Source of the DNA: Candidatus Saccharimonadota bacterium
Lineage (GTDB): Bacteria > Patescibacteriota > Gracilibacteria > UBA4473
DNA length: 32,000 bases
Assembly (NCBI GenBank): GCA_963677105.1
Contig: OY781871.1
Location: forward strand, 660,001 to 692,000
Direction of reading: 5' to 3'
Positions 1-7,599 of the stretch are shown in pieces; position 1 is the first letter of the stretch; each line of letters begins with the position of its first letter. The notes below the pieces were generated by a model. It saw only the letters and a list, made by a program, of their open reading frames with translations, searched no databases and was not told the origin of the DNA. A program made the position numbers and the translations under genes.

Positions 1-221
1 CCAACACAAATTGACATAGCAGCGTGTTCAGATTCCGCACAAATATATTCTGTTTCAACATCTTTATTGGCAACATATTTTGCAAACGTTTCTCCGATAT
101 AACTGGTTGGAGTAATGGGATAAAATCCAAAGACATCAGGATTTATCTGACGAAAAGCTTCTGCAATAGCGTGATTTCCATCGAGAGATTGGGCGGTTTG
201 TATTTGAATTTTTTTATTCAT
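1..221 (-). CDS. porA: Pyruvate:ferredoxin (2-oxoacid) oxidoreductase alpha subunit PorA, N-terminal fragment running off the window edge
   Basis: Not in the ORF track. My reverse-complement translation from the ATG at 221 gives MNKKIQIQTAQSLDGNHAIAEAFRQINPDVFGFYPITPTSYIGETFAKYVANKDVETEYICAESEHAAMSICVG. The GNxAIAEA...YPITP...ESEHAA pattern is typical of PorA-type alpha subunits. It starts 4 nt after the stop of the gamma-delta gene. Confidence 0.8.
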   Translation of the reverse strand, partial: MNKKIQIQTAQSLDGNHAIAEAFRQINPDVFGFYPITPTSYIGETFAKYVANKDVETEYICAESEHAAMSICV

Positions 222-225
222 AATT

Positions 226-1221
226 TTACAGGTTTTCTTGTTCTATAAGCGGAACGTCTTCGAGAAGAAGAGAATGTTTTTCCTTATTTTTCGGAGCCAT
301 TTTATTAGCACTACACGAACGCACACAAAGTCCACATCGTTTACAAGCGTCTTGATCAATACCGATCATTTGTCCATTTTCATCATGAACAATTGCATCA
401 TCAGGACACACTGCCCAACAAATTCCGCATTGGATGCAGTTTTCTGGAATAAACTTGATTCGTTTATTTGGAAGCCAATTTCCGGGACGATATTTCACAG
501 AACTTCCTCCAGGAAGAACGGCTGCTTCTGGTAAATTTTTCCAAGATACAGCAGAAGACGTGTTCTTTTCCTGAATATTTTTTCCTGTTGAACCAGTTAT
601 TTCTTGCACTTCGTTATATCCACGATCAAATCCTACAAGATTTTTTTCTACAATTTTTTGAGGAAATAAGGTTGATAAGTTTTCTTTGAGGAATGATTTC
701 AAGATATCTTTATCAAGTTGTAAAATATTAATCAATGCTCCGATCATTGCTACATTTGGGACATTTCGTTTTACTGTCTCAAATGCAATTTTACTTGCTG
801 GAACGTGAAATACTCTTCCACTAAATTTTTTGTGGAATCCATTTTTTTCCGTGTTTTCCGTGTTTATTAATAAAATGCCGTCATCTTTTAATCCAGAGAG
901 AACGTATTCATGGGAAAGTTCAGCACCAACTAATGATGGTTCTAATAGTATAACAATATCGACGATACGTGGTTGAGAGGCATCAGAGATAGGTTTCCCT
1001 GAGACACGATTAAACACTTCGACAGGAGCCCCTCTTTTTTCTGCGCCAAAAGAAGGGAAAGATATGCTTTCTCCGCCCAATTGAATCATTGCTTCTGAAA
1101 AAAATTGAGCTGCACTGACAGCTCCTTGTCCGGCACGCGAATGCCATCGAATTGCTTTATTTTTTGAAAAATCCATCAAGCAAAGTGTACGCTCGTAAAA
1201 TGTTTTTTCAAGCCAGAGCAT
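226..1221 (-). CDS. Pyruvate:ferredoxin oxidoreductase gamma-delta fusion (gamma domain plus 2x[4Fe-4S] ferredoxin-like delta domain)
   Basis: N-terminal part (RWHSRAGQGAVSAAQFFSEAM...FGAEKRGAPV) matches the gamma subunit family. C-terminal part has two CxxCxxCxxxCP clusters (CIQCGICWAVCP, CKRCGLCVRSC) typical of the delta subunit. The real start may be the ATG at 1176 (MDFSKNKAIRWHSRAGQG). Confidence 0.85.
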   Translation of the reverse strand: MLWLEKTFYERTLCLMDFSKNKAIRWHSRAGQGAVSAAQFFSEAMIQLGGESISFPSFGAEKRGAPVEVFNRVSGKPISDASQPRIVDIVILLEPSLVGAELSHEYVLSGLKDDGILLINTENTEKNGFHKKFSGRVFHVPASKIAFETVKRNVPNVAMIGALINILQLDKDILKSFLKENLSTLFPQKIVEKNLVGFDRGYNEVQEITGSTGKNIQEKNTSSAVSWKNLPEAAVLPGGSSVKYRPGNWLPNKRIKFIPENCIQCGICWAVCPDDAIVHDENGQMIGIDQDACKRCGLCVRSCSANKMAPKNKEKHSLLLEDVPLIEQENL

Positions 1222-1302
1222 ATTATTTCAATGAATTTTTGATAAATAATCATTGTACGTGGAATATTGACATTATGACAAATTCTGAGAAACTTACATC
1301 CG

Positions 1303-2445
1303 ATGAGATATGTTCACATCCTTGCCGAAGCTTGGGAATTAACCACGTTAACGAAGAAATTAGTTTGGTTTATATTTGCTCCAAGTGTTGCATTTATTCT
1401 TTTATTTATTGCAAAAATTGCATGGCAATATTCATTATTGGGAGAAGAATTTGGTTGGATTGAACAGGGGAAAGTGAATGAAATTATTTGGCAGTCTCTA
1501 GAGACAGTACACGGATCGGGCATGCTTTGGTTTGTTATAATGTTGGCTCTAGTAGGAGCACTTTTGTTATTTGTGTTAAAACCATGGATTGAAGCAACAC
1601 TTATCCTTTCTATTAGAGAGAGATTTTCATTTCCAGAAAAAAGATATTCACTCCGAAAACAAATTGCTCGAGGACATAAACATTTTATTTCTCTCTTGGA
1701 ATATCATGCATTATTGATTCCGTTTTCTCCATTGTCGCTTATTTTATATACGGGATCGTTTTATCGATACACACACGGAAGTGACACTTTTTACAATATA
1801 TTCTTGCCAATTCTTCTTATTTTGGGGGTATTTTCTATATTTGTGCATTTCTTTTTCATTTTTATGCCATTTTTTCTGGTATGTGAAAGACAAGAACTTA
1901 TAAAATCATTAACCAACAGTATGAGTATGGTTTTTCAAAATTTTGGAAAAACGCTTACTTTGTTTCTCGTAATGATGTTGGTAAGTTTACGTGTTATTGT
2001 AAATGTAATTGTTGTAGTTGGAGTACCAGTTGGATTGGTTTCAGTGGGAACATACTTTGCAGCTTCAGCTTATTATTCTTTGTTTATTATTTTTGCCGGA
2101 TTATTATCCCTTGTTTTGATTGCTGGAGCAGGATATTTGACGGCAATTTTAGAAGTATTTTCGACTTCATTTTGGTATAGAGCATTTCAATTATTTCAGT
2201 CATTGGAGGAAATAATAGAAGAATCAGACAATGAAGAAAAGAGTAAAAATGCAGAAGAAGTTTCCTCGGTAACAGATGCTGCGCCACAAGAAAAGGTGAA
2301 AGTTGTGCATGTAGTTCATCATGTTCAACCAGGAGAACCGATGCCTGATCCATCACAATTTATAGATATTCCAGGAGAGATTACAGAAATACCAAGTTCA
2401 GAACTCTTATCTGAACAGCAAAAATCAGAAGATAATTCTCAATGA
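1303..2445 (+). CDS. Hypothetical multi-pass membrane protein with an acidic C-terminal tail
   Basis: Long ORF with several hydrophobic segments (e.g. LLILGVFSIFVHFFFIFMPFFLV, LVSVGTYFAASAYYSLFIIFAGLLSLVLIAGAGYL) and an E/S/P-rich tail. Its stop overlaps the next start (ATGA at 2442-2445). No family recognised. Confidence 0.6.
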   Translation: MRYVHILAEAWELTTLTKKLVWFIFAPSVAFILLFIAKIAWQYSLLGEEFGWIEQGKVNEIIWQSLETVHGSGMLWFVIMLALVGALLLFVLKPWIEATLILSIRERFSFPEKRYSLRKQIARGHKHFISLLEYHALLIPFSPLSLILYTGSFYRYTHGSDTFYNIFLPILLILGVFSIFVHFFFIFMPFFLVCERQELIKSLTNSMSMVFQNFGKTLTLFLVMMLVSLRVIVNVIVVVGVPVGLVSVGTYFAASAYYSLFIIFAGLLSLVLIAGAGYLTAILEVFSTSFWYRAFQLFQSLEEIIEESDNEEKSKNAEEVSSVTDAAPQEKVKVVHVVHHVQPGEPMPDPSQFIDIPGEITEIPSSELLSEQQKSEDNSQ

Positions 2446-3056
2446 AAAAATGGCTCATTCCATTCGTCATATTCTGTTCATTATTTGGGATTGGAATACG
2501 AGAATATATAATCTTGCACAATAAAAACCTTCTTCTTTTAGGCGAAAAAAATGTGGTTCTTTTGTATACACCAAACAAAAAAATATTTGGGATGGGAAGA
2601 GTAGATTCATCAAGAGCAAAAGCAATTTCACGAGAAATACAGTCATTTTTTACATCAGGAGATATTTCGAATATCTGGGAAATTCCTGTGGGAAATGAAA
2701 TAAAAGGGGGGAAATTTTCCATACAACGAATATCAAAAAACTTAGTTCGGAGTGTTTGTTTGGAGCAAGTAATATGGTGGATTGGAGAAGATTTTTCTGA
2801 TCAAGATCAAGGAGATGCGGTCAAAACAGGCGTAGATTTTAAATCTCAATGGTGGGTAATGATGAAAAACTCGATTCCTGATTTTCTTCCGATTCCAACA
2901 CAAGGAATTCTTTTTGCAGGAGGAAGAGTTCCATCAAAAAAAACAATTTCCTTTTCCCAAGAAAAAGAAATTCCGCTGATTTCTGTAAAAGAAACCAACG
3001 GGTTTATGCTTTCGTTTACTCCCGAAAAAGTATGGGAATTAAAGATGCGCAATTAA
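2442..3056 (+). CDS. Hypothetical N-terminally anchored or secreted protein
   Basis: N-terminal hydrophobic segment MKKWLIPFVIFCSLFGIGI. Translationally coupled to the upstream membrane protein. No recognisable family. Confidence 0.55.
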   Translation: MKKWLIPFVIFCSLFGIGIREYIILHNKNLLLLGEKNVVLLYTPNKKIFGMGRVDSSRAKAISREIQSFFTSGDISNIWEIPVGNEIKGGKFSIQRISKNLVRSVCLEQVIWWIGEDFSDQDQGDAVKTGVDFKSQWWVMMKNSIPDFLPIPTQGILFAGGRVPSKKTISFSQEKEIPLISVKETNGFMLSFTPEKVWELKMRN

Positions 3057-3058
3057 AC

Positions 3059-3259
3059 TTACTTTTCGTTGTTTTGTTGCTGACGAGCAAGAATTTTACG
3101 CGCCTCGGATTGTACAGATGCCTCAAATTTAGAAACATCTTTGTTAAAAGGCACAGACATGCGAGCTAATTCTTCGGGATTTTCAGACGCCTTTCCAACA
3201 AGTCTTTGGTTTGGATTATCAATTTTTTCAACCATTCTTTTAAATAAAATACATGCCAC
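3059..3259 (-). CDS. Small hypothetical protein (possible; could start at an internal Met, MVEKIDNPN...)
   Basis: 66-aa ORF with a charged, non-repetitive sequence. It fills the gap between convergent and divergent neighbours. No homology recognised and no clear RBS. Confidence 0.35.
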   Translation of the reverse strand: MACILFKRMVEKIDNPNQRLVGKASENPEELARMSVPFNKDVSKFEASVQSEARKILARQQQNNEK

Positions 3260-3339
3260 TTAAAACACTTTTTGAAACAGAAGTCAAACATTCATGGCAA
3301 AAGAGTTTTCAAAAGTTCTATTCTGAGTAGGATGCAAGC

Positions 3340-5010
3340 GTGAAAAAGCAATCTTCGTTTGGGATTCGGCAAAATGTGAAATCGCCAGAGGTGGTGATGA
3401 AGTTTTTGCAGGAAATAATTCGAGAAGAGCCAAAAGACACTGAATCACTCGAAAAGCGAAAACGAGAGTTTTCTGCGCGAGAGAAATGTGATGTAATTGT
3501 AAATCGTGATCTCACCAGAATCGCAAACGAAAATGATATAAAACTCTCTCGTCATCTAGAAAAACTCATTGTAAAGCGAGCGGTTCGTACTATTTCGGGG
3601 GTAACTCCAATCGGAATTCTCACAAAAGCATATCCGTGTCCTGGTCGTTGCGTATTTTGTCCGACGGAGAGCAAAATGCCAAAATCATATCTTTCTTCAC
3701 AACCAGCAGCAGCACGAGCATTGCGAAATAAATTTCATCCACACAAACAAGTAACAAATCGAATTATTGCGCTAGAAGACTCGGGACATTCTGTTTCAAA
3801 ATTAGAAATAATTGTGATGGGAGGAACGTGGAGTTTTTTACCAAAACGATATCAAACGTGGTACATAAAAAATGTGTATGACGCAGCAAATGGATGTAAA
3901 TCAAAAAATTTAGCATCAGCTATAAAAGCAAATGAAACAGCAGAACGACGCATAATTGGATTAACGCTCGAAACGCGTCCAGATTATATTACGGAAGAGG
4001 AATTAGAACGAATGCGACGATTTGGTTGTACGCGGATTGAAGTTGGAGTTCAGACGGTTGACGACGAAATTTCTGCTGTAAACCTACGAGATCAGACACG
4101 AAAACAAGTTGCTCATGCAACAAAACTGATGCGAGAATATGGGTTTAAATTTTGTTATCATTTGATGCCAGGATTGTATGGTTCTACACCAGAAAAGGAT
4201 TTGAAAATGTTTCATGAAATTTTTGAAGACGCAGATTTTAAGCCAGATTTTGTGAAAATTTATCCGTGTCAGGTTTTACCAAATTCGCTTTTAGCAGAGT
4301 GGTGGAAACAAGGAAAATTTGAACCGTTACATGATGTTGAGTTGATAAAACTTCTTTTGAAAATGAAAAAATTTGTGCCCGAGTGGACACGAATTATGCG
4401 TTTATTGCGTGATATTCCTGTGGGAAATATTTTATCGGGAGCGAAGTTTTCCAATTTACGACAAATTTTAAAATCTCAGCCAAAAAAGTTGAAAGAAATT
4501 TTGGGAAAGGAGGAATTTGATTCCATTTTTCATGGAAAATTTGAGTGGCCGTGTAAGTGTATTCGTTGTCGAGAAGTAGGGTTTCAGAGTACAAATAACA
4601 AAGTACAAAGTACAAAACCAATTTTAGTGCGACGTGATTATGAAGCGGCGGGAGGAACCGAAACTTTTTTATCGTTTGAATCAGAAGACAAAAAAACGTT
4701 GTACGCTTTATTACGATTGAGAAAACCAGATTCCAAATTTACATCACAGTTTTTTAAATCTGTTTTATCAAATGCTGCATTGATTCGAGAGGTTCATTCT
4801 TATGGAAGTGAAATTACAGTTGGAGAAAGTGCGGGAGTAGGGCAACATCGTGGATTTGGAAGAAAATTAATTGTGGAAGCAGAACGAATTGCTCGCGATG
4901 AATGGGGAATGAAAAAAATGACTATTATTGCCGGAGTTGGAACACGTGAGTATTACAAAAAATTTGATTACAAAGAACGTTCGACGTATATGACGAAAAA
5001 ATTAAAATGA
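3340..5010 (+). CDS. elp3: Elp3-like radical SAM / GNAT acetyltransferase (tRNA U34 carboxymethyl-modification enzyme family)
   Basis: Radical-SAM cluster motif YPCPGRCVFCP, followed by an Elp3-type core (IIVMGGTWSF, LTLETRPDYI, RIEVGVQT). C-terminal GNAT-like block (LIREVHSYG...QHRGFGRKLIVEAERIA). Length of 556 aa is typical of Elp3. GTG start at 3340, with an alternative ATG at 3397. Confidence 0.85.
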   Translation: MKKQSSFGIRQNVKSPEVVMKFLQEIIREEPKDTESLEKRKREFSAREKCDVIVNRDLTRIANENDIKLSRHLEKLIVKRAVRTISGVTPIGILTKAYPCPGRCVFCPTESKMPKSYLSSQPAAARALRNKFHPHKQVTNRIIALEDSGHSVSKLEIIVMGGTWSFLPKRYQTWYIKNVYDAANGCKSKNLASAIKANETAERRIIGLTLETRPDYITEEELERMRRFGCTRIEVGVQTVDDEISAVNLRDQTRKQVAHATKLMREYGFKFCYHLMPGLYGSTPEKDLKMFHEIFEDADFKPDFVKIYPCQVLPNSLLAEWWKQGKFEPLHDVELIKLLLKMKKFVPEWTRIMRLLRDIPVGNILSGAKFSNLRQILKSQPKKLKEILGKEEFDSIFHGKFEWPCKCIRCREVGFQSTNNKVQSTKPILVRRDYEAAGGTETFLSFESEDKKTLYALLRLRKPDSKFTSQFFKSVLSNAALIREVHSYGSEITVGESAGVGQHRGFGRKLIVEAERIARDEWGMKKMTIIAGVGTREYYKKFDYKERSTYMTKKLK

Positions 5011-6146
5011 AAAAAAATCGTCGGAATTTACTCTTAACAAATCTCGCTTTTTCATTGGGAGCTTCGTTGGTGGGAGTATTTTTACCCTTCTTAATCGGAA
5101 ACGCTTTTGGTTTTGAAATTTGGCAAATTTTTCTATGGGGAACGGGATTTCAAGTACTTGGTTGTATTATTGTTTATCCAATAAACAATTTTTTACATCG
5201 ATTTTTATCAGTAAAGAGATGTCTGCAATTGGGATTATTCCTTCACGCTCTGTTCTATTTACTTGTTTCTTTCTCCAAAAATATTCCATTGTTATTATGG
5301 ATTGCTTCTTTTTTATACGTCCTAGGAACATACATTTATTGGCCTCATTTTCATCTTCTCAGTACTCGCGCAACAAAGGATTCTGCTCGAGGAAATTTTG
5401 CAGGAAATTTGCACGTTTTATTTATTAGCGCTGGAATAATTTCTCCGCTTATAACTGGATTTTTATTTCAAATTGGACTTGAGAAATTTGTAGGAATTTT
5501 TGCTGGAATTTTCTTTTTGTTGGCTGTTTATTTTGGCCAAAAACTTCATATAAAAGATTATAAACTCGCGAACTATCGAAATTTTTCGAAATTTTTTCGT
5601 ACCGTTTTTATGAAATCACGTGCGTGTTATTTAGTTTTTTATGATGGAATACAAAGTGGAATTTTGTGGTTTGTGTGGCCAGTTTTTTTGAAATCAATTC
5701 TTGGAAATTTTTCGTTAATGGGAATATTAGTTGGAGCAGCTACTTTTGTTGAAATGATTTCGGCAAAAATTTTCGGAAAATTTACTGATAAAAAATCAGC
5801 ATCAAAAATGCTTGGTTTCTCTGTGTGGGCGCGATTTTTTGATTTAGGATTACGTGGAGCGATTTTAGCCGTTCCAAAGATTTGGATGGCGGGAGTAGCG
5901 ACGATTTCTGCAGGAATTTTGGGACCATTTTTTAACGTTTCTTATTACACGCGATTGATGGAACATTCTGAGATAATTAAAAACCACGAATTAGAATTTT
6001 TTATTGCTCGTGAAATAATTCTTACTTTTGCTCGAGCGTTAGTTATTGGTGCTGCAACAATTGTTACATTTTATTTGGATGCGTCATATCTTGCATACTT
6101 TTTGATATTGGGTGCATTCGTAAGTTTTGGTTTTCGAAAGAATTGA
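5007..6146 (+). CDS. MFS-like multi-pass transporter/membrane protein
   Basis: About 10-12 hydrophobic helices across 379 aa, with an overall MFS-like layout. ATGA start/stop overlap with elp3 at 5007-5010. Confidence 0.6.
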   Translation: MKKNRRNLLLTNLAFSLGASLVGVFLPFLIGNAFGFEIWQIFLWGTGFQVLGCIIVYPINNFLHRFLSVKRCLQLGLFLHALFYLLVSFSKNIPLLLWIASFLYVLGTYIYWPHFHLLSTRATKDSARGNFAGNLHVLFISAGIISPLITGFLFQIGLEKFVGIFAGIFFLLAVYFGQKLHIKDYKLANYRNFSKFFRTVFMKSRACYLVFYDGIQSGILWFVWPVFLKSILGNFSLMGILVGAATFVEMISAKIFGKFTDKKSASKMLGFSVWARFFDLGLRGAILAVPKIWMAGVATISAGILGPFFNVSYYTRLMEHSEIIKNHELEFFIAREIILTFARALVIGAATIVTFYLDASYLAYFLILGAFVSFGFRKN

Positions 6147-6248
6147 CTCATAGGGAAAATCGTATTAAAAACACAATGGTTCTTTTAAGTTATTAAGTGG
6201 AGTCCTACATTTGTAGGATAATATATTTTAATAGAATAAGGAGAAATA

Positions 6249-6434
6249 ATGAATAAAAAGGAAAAAATAAAAGTGAGGATTAATATGGATGCCCACTCTT
6301 CAGGTTGGTATTCCAACCACAGAGGAGAAGACTTTGTTGTCTGTGTATATGATTCTGAAACGTTTCAAGTAACAGAAGGGAGTTCTAAGGGAGGTTACAT
6401 ATGTATACACGACTGTACTATACTAAAAACATGA
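6249..6434 (+). CDS. Small hypothetical protein (61 aa), stand-alone transcription unit
   Basis: Strong SD aaggag at 6238-6243, 5 nt before the ATG. Upstream TAATAT at 6219-6224 and palindrome at 6203-6218. Strong hairpin plus T-run downstream. No family recognised. Confidence 0.5.
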   Translation: MNKKEKIKVRINMDAHSSGWYSNHRGEDFVVCVYDSETFQVTEGSSKGGYICIHDCTILKT

Positions 6435-6467
6435 TATTCGTCCTCCACTGCGTTTGTCTCACATTTT

Positions 6468-6509
6468 ACCGGTTCTATGTTTTTGTTACGTAGAATCGGT
6501 TCTTTTTTT
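6468..6509 (+). terminator. Rho-independent terminator of the 61-aa ORF
   Basis: accggttcta (6468-6477) pairs with tagaatcggt (6491-6500): 10 bp with one G-T. The hairpin is followed by tcttttttt. Confidence 0.6.
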
Positions 6510-6528
6510 CATAAAATTAACTCAATAC

Positions 6529-6633
6529 TACGTGCGTCTCGCTTTGCTCGTCGTCGAACTTAATAAGTTCGCTTCAATGCACTGGCGTGCAATACAAAAA
6601 TTATTTACCTCACGAGGAGGTAACTATTTTTCG
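6529..6633 (-). repeat. tRNA-flank structured unit, copy U2 (most diverged), in tandem behind the tRNA-Arg 3'-end duplicate
   Basis: Same module order as U1 and U3 when read on the minus strand. First a terminator-like hairpin (ttacctc/gaggtaa at 6605-6623), then a small hairpin (gcac/gtgc). Next a GAAC...GTTC hairpin (cgaactt-aat-aagttcg, 6555-6571) and a tail resembling those of U1/U3. Confidence 0.45.
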
Positions 6634-6652
6634 TGGTACTCCCGCTAAGAAT
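6634..6652 (-). repeat. Exact 19-nt duplicate of the 3' end of tRNA-Arg (att-like direct repeat)
   Basis: tggtactcccgctaagaat at 6634-6652 is identical to 6759-6777. On the minus strand it reads ATTCTTAGCGGGAGTACCA, which is the T-loop end, T-stem 3' strand, acceptor 3' strand, discriminator and CCA. Confidence 0.9.
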
Positions 6653-6758
6653 GTTTCACGCCCTTCACTCCGTTCCGGGTCGAACTTTTGCGTTCGATTT
6701 GTTATTGAAAATCAATAACCACAATCAAATACCACAAGGGTATTCGCTTGTACTTAGT
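6653..6758 (-). repeat. tRNA-flank structured unit, copy U1 (between tRNA-Arg and its 3'-end duplicate)
   Basis: Hairpin atacc/ggtat at 6729-6743, lying 15 nt from the tRNA end. Hairpin ttattga/tcaataa. GAAC hairpin tcgaac-ttttgc-gttcga at 6680-6697. Shares the blocks cgccct, cgggtcgaac, gttcRatt and the identical 10-mer cacaatcaaa with U3. Confidence 0.55.
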
Positions 6759-6833
6759 TGGTACTCCCGCTAAGAATCGAACTTAGATCTTAGCCTTAGA
6801 AGGGCTTTGTTCTATCCATTGAACTACGGGAGC
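6759..6833 (-). tRNA. tRNA-Arg (anticodon TCT)
   Basis: Hand-folded from the minus strand: GCTCCCG-TA-GTTC-AATGGATA-GAAC-A-AAGCC-CTTCTAA-GGCTA-AGAT-CTAAG-TTCGATT-CTTAG-CGGGAGT-A-CCA. All four arms pair (G1-U72 wobble, A27-A43 mismatch) and the CCA is encoded. TATAAT on the minus strand at 6842-6847 lies just upstream. Confidence 0.9.
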
Positions 6834-6884
6834 GCTTGTGAATTATATCAAATGTTTTTAGTTCTTGCTACTGGTTCTCTCGTA

Positions 6885-7520
6885 TTAATGCAGAGGAAGC
6901 GTTACTCCAAGTTTGTCTAATAAATGTCCATATCCCCAGAAAATGAGAATAAGTATTCCTGCCATAAAGATTAATTGGTAGAGGAGTTGGTGTTTATGAT
7001 GGAAAACACGTTCATGGTGTTCTACGCAATCCAGAAGTTCATCACCAAATCGAATTGAAAGAAAGGTTCCAGAGCCAGATAAAATTGTGATAAGCCAAAA
7101 TGGCCAAATTGTAGTAATTATTTTGAAAAAGAGAGATGTAATTTCCGTTTTTTCAAATACTTCTGGAACAAATATTGCGCCCAATGCAGCAATTGCAATT
7201 GCTATTCCCCAAACGAATATTTCAGAAACCCACATATGAACGCGAAAAAATAATCGTAAAGGAAAATCTATTAAAAATCCGGCGTCAGCAACTGGTGTGC
7301 AGAGAACAAAAAAGCTCCATGTTAGTAATGAAACAATTCCTCCAGTGGCTATTCCATAATGCCAACTGAGCCATGCAAAATAAGAGAGAAGCCCGAGAAG
7401 TAAAAGTATGAATTTTATAGAAACATGTCGCTTCGTTTTATGCTTTATCAGCTCGTGTGGTCGAATTTGTTTTGCTTTTTTCATCGTGTAAAGTTTCTTT
7501 GAAAATATTTTTAACGTCAA
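6885..7520 (-). CDS. Hypothetical multi-pass membrane protein
   Basis: Five to six hydrophobic helices (e.g. FILLLLGLLSYFAWLSW, IFVWGIAIAIAALGAIFV). The ORF begins with TTG at 7520. The ATG at 7484 (MKKAKQIRPHEL) is a more likely start. Confidence 0.6.
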   Translation of the reverse strand: MTLKIFSKKLYTMKKAKQIRPHELIKHKTKRHVSIKFILLLLGLLSYFAWLSWHYGIATGGIVSLLTWSFFVLCTPVADAGFLIDFPLRLFFRVHMWVSEIFVWGIAIAIAALGAIFVPEVFEKTEITSLFFKIITTIWPFWLITILSGSGTFLSIRFGDELLDCVEHHERVFHHKHQLLYQLIFMAGILILIFWGYGHLLDKLGVTLPLH

Positions 7521-7539
7521 TTTTTTATTTTGTTTCTTA

Positions 7540-7572
7540 TTAAAAATAAACCACGCATTGCGTGGTTTATTT
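7540..7572 (-). terminator. Rho-independent terminator after fba
   Basis: 13-bp hairpin aaataaaccacgc-att-gcgtggtttattt at 7544-7572. It is T-rich on both sides and lies 28 nt downstream of the fba stop. Confidence 0.6.
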
Positions 7573-7599
7573 TATGTTTTTTGATTTATTATAAAGATT

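Noticed and set aside
6454-6648. 64-aa ORF (TTG start) in the track, spanning the region between the small ORF and tRNA-Arg
   Set aside because: It runs through a terminator hairpin, the U2 hairpin unit and the 19-nt tRNA-Arg fragment. It has a TTG start, no RBS and a low-complexity hydrophobic sequence. The region is better explained as non-coding repeats.
6555-6697. GAAC...GTTC hairpins read as Gram-positive-type LexA (Cheo) boxes, or as tRNA T-arms because of GTTCGA
   Set aside because: The Cheo box has GAAC-N4-GTTC, whereas these have 3-6-nt variable loops with extended stems and are not upstream of repair genes. Attempts to fold the flanks into cloverleaf arms failed on both strands, with no pairing T-stem or acceptor.
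6529-6777. Possibility that the repeated units near tRNA-Arg form a small CRISPR array
   Set aside because: There are only two tandem units. They are about 105 nt long and strongly diverged from each other rather than being identical short repeats with unique spacers. The only exact repeat is the tRNA 3' end. No cas genes are present.
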